In this document: piece by piece, positions 8,835 through 17,538 of the stretch
Layout of the letters: the number at the start of each line of letters is the position of its first letter
Numbering within the stretch: position 1 is the stretch's first letter
From: Rhodothermales bacterium
GTDB taxonomy: Bacteria > Bacteroidota > Rhodothermia > Rhodothermales > VXPQ01
NCBI GenBank assembly: GCA_040904565.1
Contig: JBBDTI010000077.1
Location: 1 to 19,203 of the forward strand
DNA length: 19,203 bases
Direction: 5' to 3'
The notes under the pieces: generated by a model
What the model was told of the DNA's origin: nothing
The model's input: only the letters and a program-made list of their open reading frames with translations
Database searches by the model: none
Translations under genes and position numbers: made by a program

Positions 8835-8923
8835 TTACCTACCGCGGGCATTCCGGACGACCGGTCCGCCCTTCGTTTACCTACCGCGGGCATTCCGTAC
8901 GACCGGTCCGCCCTTCGTTTACC
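8835..8923. repeat. 42-bp direct tandem repeat, about 2.1 copies, intergenic
   Basis: TTACCTACCGCGGGCATTCCG(G/T)ACGACCGGTCCGCCCTTCGT at 8835 and 8877 (one mismatch), then TTACC at 8919. Confidence 0.95.
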
Positions 8924-8936
8924 CTGCTCGAACATC

Positions 8937-8942
8937 GGAGGA
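8937..8942 (+). promoter_or_regulatory. Shine-Dalgarno site of the PVC-type heme protein gene
   Basis: GGAGGA lies 9 nt upstream of GTG 8952. Confidence 0.6.
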
Positions 8943-8951
8943 CTCTACGAC

Positions 8952-11900
8952 GTGATTCGTTTCGGGACGCTGGTAATCGCCTCTATACTCTTACTTTTCC
9001 TCGCCGCACCCTTCGACCGTCCGGCCGATCCGGAGGCCCCTATCGCGCAGGAATCCCCCCTATCCGGCTTCGAGCTGCATCCCGACTTCCAGATGGAACT
9101 CGTGGCCTCTGAGCCCGTCGTGTCGGATCCCATCGACATGGAGATTGACGAGTACGGGCGTATGTACGTCCTGGAGTTTCACAGCTATCCGAACAACTGG
9201 TCGGGGGCGGATCGGATCGTGCAGCTCCGCGACACGGATGGGGACGGGACGATGGACGAGAGCACGGTGTTTGCCGATTCGCTCGTTCAGTCGATGGGCA
9301 TCATGCGGTGGAAGGACGGCCTCATCGTCACGGCTCCGCCTGAGGTAATCTATCTGGAGGACAGCGACGGCGACGGGCGCGCCGACGTCCGCCGCGTGCT
9401 GCTCACCGGCTTCCATCAGGGCGATGGAGAGGGGGACGTGAATAATCCAACCTACGGTCTGGACAACTGGGTCTACCTCGGCAATCGCCGCACGAGCGGC
9501 GAGGACGTCCGCTTCGCCCCGCCGCCCGGCGGCCCGCGGGCCGGCAACGCACGACCAGGTGACGCACCGAGCATGGACGGACCTTCCGCCGAAGACCTCC
9601 CGTACATCCCGTCTCAGGCCGTCAATCGCAACATCCGCTTTCGGCCGGACACGTACGAGATCGAGTCGCAGTCGAGCGGCACCCAGTACGGCTTCGCCTT
9701 CGACACGTGGGGGCATCAGCTGCTCAACAGCAACCGAAACCACATCTTCGAGGAGGTCGTTCCTGCGCGCTATCTGGACCGCAACCCGAACCTCCTCGTC
9801 TCGAGTGCCACGGAGGCCATCCCCGAACACGGGGCTGCAGCGAAGGTGTTTCCGATCACGGAAAACCCCGACTATCAGATTCTGACGGACGTCGGCGAGA
9901 TCACGTCGGCGTGCGGTATCACGTTTTACGACGGCGGGGCGTTTCCGGAAGGCTTCGAGAACGTCTCGTTCGTGGGCGAGCCGTCGCATAACCTCGTACA
10001 CGCCGACCGGCTCCACCGCGCGGGTCCCGCACTGGCAGCCGAGCGCATTCGGCCGCACAACGAGTTTCTGGCGTCGAAGGACGCCATGTTTCGCCCCGTA
10101 AATTTCTATGTGGGTCCGGATGGGGCCCTCTACGTGGTCGACTACTACCGCAAGATCATTGAGGGTCCGGAATGGCTCTCCGATGAGGTCCTGGCATCGG
10201 GGACGCTGTACGATGGAACGGAGCTTGGACGCATTTATCGCATCACTCCGAAAGATGCACCCGCGGCCGATTGGACGACCGGACTCGATCTGGGCGATGC
10301 ATCGACCGAGGAGCTCGTGGCGCATCTCGCGAATCCGAACGGATGGTGGCGGCGGAACGCGCAGCGGTTGCTGGTGGATCGGCAGGCCGTGGAGGCCGTA
10401 CCGGACCTCGAAACGCTGGTCGAGGGGCCTTCCGCGGTCGGACGCCTACACGCTCTGTGGACGCTAGAGGGGCTCGGCCGGCTCGACCCGACGCACCTTC
10501 TTGAAGCTCTGTCGGATGACGAGCCGGGCGTCCGCGAGAATGCGATCCGTCTCGCCGAGCGCTATCTCGATGACGTGCCGGTGCTGGAGGAGGCCCTGCT
10601 CGACCTGCGATCGGATGCGGATCCCAAGGTCCGCTTCCAGCTGTTGCTTACGCTAGGATACATAGATACGCCGCGGGCCGCGGAGGTTCGCCAGGAGCTG
10701 CTCTTCAGCGATGTCGACAATGAGTGGACGCAGATCGCCGCACTGTCTTCACCCTACGTAGAGGAAGGCGAGGTCCTCGAGACGATCCTCGATCGTTACG
10801 AGCCGGAGTATGCTTCGTTCGTGCAGCGCCTGAGCGCGCTTACGGGTGCCAACCGGCCCTGGGAGCGCGTGCTCGAGCTGACGGGCGAGGCCGTTGCCAC
10901 GCCCGCCGCCCCCTGGCAGGTGCCGGTGCTGGAGGGCCTGGCGCAGGGCATGGACGGAAGGGAGGTCTCGCCCGAATTCCGAACGCAGCTCGGCACCGTC
11001 GTCGAAGTTTTCTTCGATCACCCCTCGCCGCCGGTACGCCGCGGGGCCCTCAACCTGCTCCAAACGACCGGCTTGCCGGCGGATGCGGCGCCGTTCGTCG
11101 AACGGGCCGTGACGCTCGTTCGCGATGCCGACGCCCCGCCCAATCGGCGTGCGCAGGCCGTCGAATTCCTCACCCTCGGCGATCCCGCTCGCCACGAAAG
11201 TCTGCTGACCGACCTCATCGATCCGAGCGAAGCGACGAGCGTGCAGGTCGCCGCCTTCCGCGCGCTCGGTGCCGTACCGGGCACGATGGTGAGCGAGCTG
11301 GCGATGGACCGCTGGTCCGTGCTCACGCGCGAGGTCCGCGACGCGGCGCTCGACGTCATCCTCGCCCGCCCGTTCCAGCTCGGTCGCGTCGAGCAGTTGC
11401 TTGGCGGACTCGCAGAGGGGATCGTGCAGCCGGGCAACATCGGCTGGGGTGATAAGGTCACGCTGATGCGGGACATCCCCGACGACATGAAACGGCGAGC
11501 TCGGGCCCTCATCCGCGGTACGGAGGAGGAGGTGCGTCAGGAGACGGCGCAGTACGTCGAAACCGTTGCGGACCGCACGCCGGATCCGGAAGGAGGGCGT
11601 GCCGTCTTCTATCAGAGCTGCGCGCAGTGCCACGCGCTGGGCGACATCGCTCCCGGCACGAACGTCGGCCCGGATCTTATGAGCGTACGGGGCTGGTCGG
11701 CGGCTGACGTCGTGACGGAGATCGTGCGTCCCAATGCATCCATCGTGCGAGGTTACGAGCTGTGGCGGTTTACGCTGTCGAACGGCGAGACGGTGGAGGG
11801 CATGATTGCCTCGGAGACGGCCAACGCCGTCACGGTCCGCGATGCGAACGGACGGGAGACGACCTACGCCCGTCGCAGCATACAGTCTCTCAACAGCCTG

Positions 11901-11990
11901 GAAGTAAGTGTGATGCCGGATAATTTCGACGAACTCCTGACTCCTCAGGAGATGGCGGACCTCGTAGCCTTCGTTCGCGTGGGAGAATAG
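8952..11990 (+). CDS. PVC-type heme-binding CxxCH protein (dehydrogenase-like beta-propeller + HEAT repeats + C-terminal cytochrome c)
   Basis: N-terminal signal/TM segment. Propeller motifs ELVASEP..DP, DTDGDG, FRPVNFYVGPDGALYVVDYYR. HEAT-like motifs WRRNAQRLL, RLHALWTLEGL, VRENAIRL. Cytochrome c motifs CAQCH, VGPDL and distal Met in SVMP. Confidence 0.92.
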   Translation: MIRFGTLVIASILLLFLAAPFDRPADPEAPIAQESPLSGFELHPDFQMELVASEPVVSDPIDMEIDEYGRMYVLEFHSYPNNWSGADRIVQLRDTDGDGTMDESTVFADSLVQSMGIMRWKDGLIVTAPPEVIYLEDSDGDGRADVRRVLLTGFHQGDGEGDVNNPTYGLDNWVYLGNRRTSGEDVRFAPPPGGPRAGNARPGDAPSMDGPSAEDLPYIPSQAVNRNIRFRPDTYEIESQSSGTQYGFAFDTWGHQLLNSNRNHIFEEVVPARYLDRNPNLLVSSATEAIPEHGAAAKVFPITENPDYQILTDVGEITSACGITFYDGGAFPEGFENVSFVGEPSHNLVHADRLHRAGPALAAERIRPHNEFLASKDAMFRPVNFYVGPDGALYVVDYYRKIIEGPEWLSDEVLASGTLYDGTELGRIYRITPKDAPAADWTTGLDLGDASTEELVAHLANPNGWWRRNAQRLLVDRQAVEAVPDLETLVEGPSAVGRLHALWTLEGLGRLDPTHLLEALSDDEPGVRENAIRLAERYLDDVPVLEEALLDLRSDADPKVRFQLLLTLGYIDTPRAAEVRQELLFSDVDNEWTQIAALSSPYVEEGEVLETILDRYEPEYASFVQRLSALTGANRPWERVLELTGEAVATPAAPWQVPVLEGLAQGMDGREVSPEFRTQLGTVVEVFFDHPSPPVRRGALNLLQTTGLPADAAPFVERAVTLVRDADAPPNRRAQAVEFLTLGDPARHESLLTDLIDPSEATSVQVAAFRALGAVPGTMVSELAMDRWSVLTREVRDAALDVILARPFQLGRVEQLLGGLAEGIVQPGNIGWGDKVTLMRDIPDDMKRRARALIRGTEEEVRQETAQYVETVADRTPDPEGGRAVFYQSCAQCHALGDIAPGTNVGPDLMSVRGWSAADVVTEIVRPNASIVRGYELWRFTLSNGETVEGMIASETANAVTVRDANGRETTYARRSIQSLNSLEVSVMPDNFDELLTPQEMADLVAFVRVGE

Positions 11991-12047
11991 ATCCGGGTGG
12001 CCGTCCTGTATATCGCATTCCACGCCTTTCTCGACGCCGAACGTGCG

Positions 12048-14327
12048 ATGCATCGTTTTTTACTGCTCGTTTTGCTGGTCCTGACGTGTGCCGCGAGCGC
12101 GGCGGCGCAGCAGCCCGACACGGTGAGCCTCGCCCGTATCACGCTCAGCGGTGCACCGATCGACACGACGCTCGACCTGAATCGCGCCGGACTGACCTAC
12201 GAAGCAACCGACGTCCTGGAATTGTTTGACGGAGACGGCCGTCCGCCGGCAAACACCGCCGTCCGACTTCGGTGCGCGACCCTTGCGGCGTGCCTGGAGG
12301 ACGTTCGGGCGGAGCCGGGCTTCGCCCTGCCGACGCCCGGCTCCGCCGATCCGAAAGCGCGCTGGCCCCTTCGGCTCTCCGTGCGCGGCGATGCCGTGCC
12401 GCTGGAATACCTGGTAGAGATTCGTGATTCGACCGGGCGGCTCCGCCCGTACCGCCGCCTCCGACTCGAGCCGCCCGCGCCGCGCGTCACGTCCGTGACC
12501 GTACGTCAAGGCGGCCAGGTCCGCGCCGATACGGTGCTCGTCGACCTGCGAGAGCCTCTCACCGCGCAGCTCCTGCTCGTCGGCGGACCGTTCTATGCGG
12601 ACACCCGCGCGTCTCTGGCACAGCGCCCGCTCCGGACGGAGCTTCGCGGCCGCGATACGCTCGTGGTTTTCCTGACCGAGGAGGCGGGGGAGGTGCGTGA
12701 ACTCGTCCTCGGTGCGCGCCGGCTGCGCCTTTCGCATCCGGGCGTGGCGGGAGGCACCGGCCCGGGATGGGACGGCGTCGGTGCAGCGTTCTTTCTGAAG
12801 GGCCGGCGGGCACCGAGAATCGACCGGTATCCCGCGGTCGTCAACGTCGAGCGCGGGTATCACGAGGTCGCCTTGCAGGGGGCGGATTTCGATGCGGACG
12901 CTCAAATATGCGCGCTCTCAGGCACGTATCGCCTTGCCGTGGAGGGGTGTCTCTCGCAGACCCGCCGGGAGGGCCGCACGCTACGCGCCGACGTCGATTT
13001 CGGCACGCCGCGAAATGGATTCACGGGCGGCAGCATCCGCCTCTTCGTACGCAACGGCGACGGACGGGAGAGCGACGAGGTGTACGTGCAAGTGCGTCCG
13101 CTCGACAGCACGGCCGACGCCGTAACGGCGCGGACGGGAGACGTGGTTGTGGCCGGCGTCCCGACCGAGATTATTTTTCAGCGCAAGGAGAGATCGGCGA
13201 CCTTTCCGACGGCGGGCAACGAGGATTTCAAGCTGCAGGTCGGCGGCGAGCAGGCGGAGTTGTTCATCAACCGGAGCGACGTGAACAGCGTTCGCGCTAC
13301 GGTAACCGTCCCGGAGTCGGTTGGCGGACAGACGCCGCGGTTCGATCTCAGTGTGGGCTCCGATGGCGCGACGTGGAGCGGCACCTTCGTGCCGGTCGCT
13401 CGGCGGCCGCGGCTGGCGGACGATCAGGAGTCCTCGCTGCGCCGCGGTGAGGATGCACGCCTCGTCTTCAGCAACGGCATCGCAGGCCGGCTTGTGAGCG
13501 ACACGGACGGCGTCCAGGTGGTGGACGGTGAGCTGCAGGATGGAGAGGCCGTCGTTCGCGTGACGACGGCGCGGACGGGATCCGATGCGCGCTTCTACGT
13601 ACACGCCGGAGGCCGATCGATCGATTCGCTCAGCATCGCCATCGAATCCTGGCCGGAGCCCGAGGCCGTCGTGCGTATCGGCACCGAAGAGGAGACGGCA
13701 CGCATCGGTGCGCGGCCGCTCGTCGCGCTGTCGACCGACAGCCCGCTCGTAATCGAGCCGCTCGAGGGCGTGGGCGTTCGCCCACGGGTCGACATCGTGC
13801 TCAGGAAGGCCGACGGCTCGATCGTTTCCGACCCGATCATGCTCGACTTCGGGCAGCAGGGCGGGATGGTTCTCCACCCCGACCTGTACGGCCTTACGGG
13901 CGGTGACCGGTTCAACGTCGAGTTTCGCACGCCGGACGGTACGATTGCCCGGCAGCAGGCCTACGTAAAGCGCCCGTTCCTCGACCGGTGGTCCGTAAGC
14001 GCCGGACTCTCGGCCATCGAGTACAAGCTCCGCAGCCCGGAGGACGAGTCCACCGACCGGGGCAGCACGCTCAACGGCGTCCAGATCGCCACGCATTATC
14101 TCTTCGAATTTCCGCGTCTCGACAAACGTCCCTTCGGCGTGGGCACGCACGTGATCGCCTCTGAGTCCGCCGGACGTCTCGGCGTTCGCATGGCCGGCAG
14201 CGTGCTGTTCTTCGAAACGCTGGCTGTCGGCGTCGGCGGATGGAGCGACCCGTTCCTGTTCATTGGAGCCAACATCGGCTTCCTGGATCTATCGAACCTT
14301 TTCGGATCACGGACGGGGGGACAGTAG
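12048..14327 (+). CDS. Hypothetical secreted protein (759 aa) with IPT/Ig-like repeats and a C-terminal amphipathic beta-strand domain
   Basis: Sec signal MHRFLLLVLLVLTCAASAAA|QQ. IPT/TIG-like patterns PRVTSV...LVGGPF and APRI...VALQGADF...LFVRNGDGRESDEVYVQV. It is a long ORF filling the gap between two co-oriented genes. Confidence 0.8.
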   Translation: MHRFLLLVLLVLTCAASAAAQQPDTVSLARITLSGAPIDTTLDLNRAGLTYEATDVLELFDGDGRPPANTAVRLRCATLAACLEDVRAEPGFALPTPGSADPKARWPLRLSVRGDAVPLEYLVEIRDSTGRLRPYRRLRLEPPAPRVTSVTVRQGGQVRADTVLVDLREPLTAQLLLVGGPFYADTRASLAQRPLRTELRGRDTLVVFLTEEAGEVRELVLGARRLRLSHPGVAGGTGPGWDGVGAAFFLKGRRAPRIDRYPAVVNVERGYHEVALQGADFDADAQICALSGTYRLAVEGCLSQTRREGRTLRADVDFGTPRNGFTGGSIRLFVRNGDGRESDEVYVQVRPLDSTADAVTARTGDVVVAGVPTEIIFQRKERSATFPTAGNEDFKLQVGGEQAELFINRSDVNSVRATVTVPESVGGQTPRFDLSVGSDGATWSGTFVPVARRPRLADDQESSLRRGEDARLVFSNGIAGRLVSDTDGVQVVDGELQDGEAVVRVTTARTGSDARFYVHAGGRSIDSLSIAIESWPEPEAVVRIGTEEETARIGARPLVALSTDSPLVIEPLEGVGVRPRVDIVLRKADGSIVSDPIMLDFGQQGGMVLHPDLYGLTGGDRFNVEFRTPDGTIARQQAYVKRPFLDRWSVSAGLSAIEYKLRSPEDESTDRGSTLNGVQIATHYLFEFPRLDKRPFGVGTHVIASESAGRLGVRMAGSVLFFETLAVGVGGWSDPFLFIGANIGFLDLSNLFGSRTGGQ

Positions 14328-14381
14328 ATGCGTAATTCACGAACGACGTTCGAGAAACCTGTACCAATGGGTCGACCACGC

Positions 14382-15122
14382 ATGAGACGCATTTTCACCA
14401 TCGTCCTCGCCGCGCTGCTCTTGCCTGCATGCGCTGAACCGGCCGTCGCGCAGGAGGCCGCGTCAGGTGACGCGCCATATTCTCGCGCGTACGTCGACGG
14501 CACCGGCCCGGGCTGGCGAACGCTTTCCGAGTCGGATTTCGCGGATGTGAACGGGCACCCCGAGACGTGGCAATGGGACGGGGAGATGGTCCGAACGACC
14601 GGTCGTCCAATCGGCGTCTATCGGACGAAACACGTGTATAGAAACTTCGAGATGGTCCTCGAGTGGCGGCATCTCGAGTCGGGCGGCAATTCCGGAGTCT
14701 TCGTGTGGGTTCCGTGGCAGGCGCTGGCCGATCTTCCCCCCGACGAACTGCCCGACTTCGGCATTGAAGTCCAGATGCTCGATCACGGATACGCCGAGCA
14801 ATATCGCGAACGCACGGGCGAGGAGGGCACGTTCTTCACGACCAACGGTGACGTATTCGCTGTCGGACAGTCGAGCCTCATCCCCTTTCCGCCGCTCTCG
14901 CCAAACGGATCCCGCAGTTTTCCAAGCAAAGAGCTCAGCCGGGGCGTGGGCGAATGGAATCACTACTACGTCCGAGCCGTGAACGGCGAGCTGCGTCTCT
15001 GGGTCAACGGAGAAGAGGTCTCCGGAGGAAATGAAGCCGCTCCGAGTGAGGGCTACCTCTGCCTCGAGGCGGAAGGGGCACCCGCCGAGTTTCGCAACAT
15101 CCGCATTCGCGATCTGCCCTGA
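14382..15122 (+). CDS. DUF1080 (3-keto-disaccharide hydrolase-like) exported protein, second subfamily
   Basis: Signal MRRIFTIVLAALLLPAC (lipobox-like). Motifs NFEMVLEW, GNSGVFVW, IEVQMLD, GEWNHY, GYLCLEAEG, FRNIRI. Alternative start 14328. Confidence 0.9.
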   Translation: MRRIFTIVLAALLLPACAEPAVAQEAASGDAPYSRAYVDGTGPGWRTLSESDFADVNGHPETWQWDGEMVRTTGRPIGVYRTKHVYRNFEMVLEWRHLESGGNSGVFVWVPWQALADLPPDELPDFGIEVQMLDHGYAEQYRERTGEEGTFFTTNGDVFAVGQSSLIPFPPLSPNGSRSFPSKELSRGVGEWNHYYVRAVNGELRLWVNGEEVSGGNEAAPSEGYLCLEAEGAPAEFRNIRIRDLP

Positions 15123-15126
15123 CGTC

Positions 15127-15147
15127 CGTACGCTGCGTCGGCGTACG
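15127..15147. repeat. Inverted repeat (9-bp stem hairpin) just after the DUF1080 stop
   Basis: CGTACGCTG-CGT-CGGCGTACG with one G-T pair and no U tract. Confidence 0.6.
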
Positions 15148-15953
15148 CCCATTCGACGAGCGGATAGGTCATCGAGCCGTCGGCACGCGGGGTGGACGCG
15201 TTCACGCCGTTGCGGCCCACGTACCGAAAGCTGCCTTCCCATACATTCCACCCGAGATTCCCGCCCCGCGGTACGAGGCTGATTTCTTCGATCGTATTCT
15301 GGCCGATCTCGGCGACGATAAGGTTTCCATTCGCCGGATCCCAGCCGAAGCGCTGTGGATTGCGCAGGCCGTAGGCGTAGATTTCATCCAGTGCACCGTC
15401 ATCGTCGACGAACGGATTGTCGGAGGGGATCCCGTACTGCCCGTTCGAACTATTGGAGCCCAGCGGGTCGATCCGGAAGAACTTCCCGAAGGAGGAAGTG
15501 AGATCCTGCGCGAGGTCGAGCGGGTCACCACCGCTCCCGCCATCGGCTATGCTCACATATAGGAGTCCCTCGTCCGCATCTCCGGGTCCGGCAAGCGGAT
15601 TGAACGCCGTGCTCGGTCAGGTCGAGGTAGAGCGCGACCTCCGATCCGTCGTAGCTGACCGTGAAGATCCGTCCGTACATGTCGTTGACGAACAGGCGCT
15701 CCGTCGCGGGTTCGTCGATCAGGCGCACCATCCGGGCCGGCAGGCCGTCGTGGTCGGGCAGTTCGGCAAATTCCTCTACCTCTGCTATGATCGCGCCATC
15801 ATCGGCCTCGATCGGCCGGGGAAAGGGGTCGTCGGTAACCTGCGCGCTCGCGCGACCGACCGAGAATGCAGCAGCAGCGAACGTATATGCGGCCAGGAGG
15901 ACGGCACGTGTGTAGCTTCGGTCGATGGCGAAGTACGGCGTCTGTCGATGCAT
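15148..15953 (-). pseudogene. PQQ-dependent sugar dehydrogenase (glucose/sorbosone dehydrogenase family) remnant with an internal frameshifting deletion and a 3' truncation
   Basis: Frame 1 carries the signal and QVTDDPFPRPI...RLFVNDMYG...LYLDL. A frame change near 15605 leads directly to AFNPLAG..GLLYVSIADGGSGGDP..AQDL..GKFFRIDP..YGIPSDNPF..EIYAYGLRNPQRFGWD..IGQNTIEEI..GGNLGW..EG. Similarity ends at YPLVEW. Confidence 0.85.
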
Positions 15954-16274
15954 GGCTGAAGGGTGTCGTGGATGGTAGAACCGGAGGGTACGCGCAGACG
16001 AAAATTCTACGAGAAACGGCATGGCCGGTTCGATGCTGCCTGCAGCTCAGGGCCATTTTGCTTCTACGGGCGTTCGCGCGGACAAACGTCATGCTTTTCT
16101 CCGCGCCGTGTCTTTGTTTAAGGAGCACGCCGCGCAGGCCTTCGCCATCCCTCCAATCATTCAAACGAGAATCCACGTGGTTTACCTTCCGATGCCGGTG
16201 TCATCGACGTCCGAGCCAACCGCAGGCTTGCGGATCGACTGCGATTCATCGACGGGGCGAACGGGTAGGTAGGT

Positions 16275-17393
16275 ATGGCCATCCAAAATCTCGAATCCCG
16301 TTCGTTCCTGGTCGTCGTACTCCTCGTGACGACGGCGTTCCTGTGGGTCGTCGCGGATCTCCTGATGCCGGTGTTCTGGGCGGCGGTGCTGGCCGTTCTG
16401 TTCTATCCGCTCAATCGCCGGTTGCTGCCGCTCGTAAAATACCGGCCGAATCTCTCGGCCGCGTTGACCACCTCCACGATCGTGTTCGTCCTTATCGTTC
16501 CGTTCGGACTGCTTGCGGTGGCCGTGACGCAGCAGGCACTGGGCATTTACCGGCGGATCGCGTCGGGTGAAATCAGCCTGGAGGCGCCCATCGCGTTCCT
16601 GCAACGATCCATTCCGGTGCTCAACGATCTGCTGGAGGCCTACGGCGTCGACGTGGAGGGCCTGCGTGCGTCGATGGAGAACGCGGCGCTAACGGCCAGC
16701 CGGTTCGTGGCCACGGAGGCCCTGGCATTCGGCCGAGACGCACTGACGTTTACGTTGCTCTTCGGCGTGATGCTCTACGTCCTCTATTTTTTCGTGCGGG
16801 ACGGAAACAAGATCGTTTCCAACCTCATCCGCGTGATGCCTCTGGGCGACGATCGGGAGCGGAAGCTGTTCGAAAAATTCGCCGAAGTGGCCCGCGCCAC
16901 GATCAAGGGCACGCTGGTCGTGGCCATCGTTCAGGGTTCCATCGGAGGCATTACGTTCGCCATCCTGGGCATCGAGGCGGCACTTTTCTGGGGCGTGGCG
17001 ATGGGGCTCGTTTCCCTGCTGCCCGCGATCGGCCCGCCTCTCGTCTGGATTCCCGCGGCGATCATTCTCATCGCGACGGGCTCCGTGTGGGAAGGTATCG
17101 TGATCATCCTCGTGGGTACGCTGATCATCGGGCTCGTCGACAACCTCCTGCGCCCCATTCTCGTGGGGCGCGATACCAAGATGCCCGACTACCTGGTGCT
17201 GCTTTCGACGTTAGGTGGACTGGCCGTATTCGGGATCGCGGGCGTGGTGGCGGGTCCGCTCATCGCAGCGCTCTTCCTGGTGGTGTGGGACATGTTCGCT
17301 GAGGAGTACGCCGAGCCGCGGGAAAAAGGAACGGACCTCTCGACCGACAGCGATCCGACGCCTCCGAACGCTCCACCACCTCCAGCGGAATAG
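16275..17393 (+). CDS. AI-2E family transporter
   Basis: Multiple TM segments. Motifs PVFWAAVLAVLFYPL, YFFVRDG, LLPAIGPPLVWIP, VDNLLRPILVG, GGLAVFGIAGVVAGP. Confidence 0.94.
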   Translation: MAIQNLESRSFLVVVLLVTTAFLWVVADLLMPVFWAAVLAVLFYPLNRRLLPLVKYRPNLSAALTTSTIVFVLIVPFGLLAVAVTQQALGIYRRIASGEISLEAPIAFLQRSIPVLNDLLEAYGVDVEGLRASMENAALTASRFVATEALAFGRDALTFTLLFGVMLYVLYFFVRDGNKIVSNLIRVMPLGDDRERKLFEKFAEVARATIKGTLVVAIVQGSIGGITFAILGIEAALFWGVAMGLVSLLPAIGPPLVWIPAAIILIATGSVWEGIVIILVGTLIIGLVDNLLRPILVGRDTKMPDYLVLLSTLGGLAVFGIAGVVAGPLIAALFLVVWDMFAEEYAEPREKGTDLSTDSDPTPPNAPPPPAE

Positions 17394-17538
17394 TGAAGGC
17401 GCGGAGAGCCGCGGTGGAAGCGGCGGTGAGATCGGCTCGGAGTTGGAGAGCGCGTGCATCCAGCCGGGCGACGAAACGTTCCGGCGCCATCGGCATTCAC
17501 CGGATCCACGCGATCCATCCATCCAAAACGCGCCCACG

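Noticed and set aside
8835-8923. Possible mini-CRISPR array
   Set aside because: The units are directly adjacent with no spacers, and there are no cas genes.
7596-14150. Long minus-strand ORFs (401, 421, 434, 281, 389 aa)
   Set aside because: Antisense shadows of cfa, the PVC protein and the 759-aa protein, with no recognisable domains.
15596-15615. Programmed ribosomal frameshift in the dehydrogenase
   Set aside because: There is no slippery heptamer, conserved blades are missing and the 3' end is also truncated, so pseudogenisation fits better.
16022-16037. Sigma-54-like TGGC-N9-GC element and the 83-aa ORF 16021..16272
   Set aside because: The GG-N10-GC spacing fits but the flanking consensus is poor and likely to arise by chance at this GC content. 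The ORF has no RBS or recognisable features.
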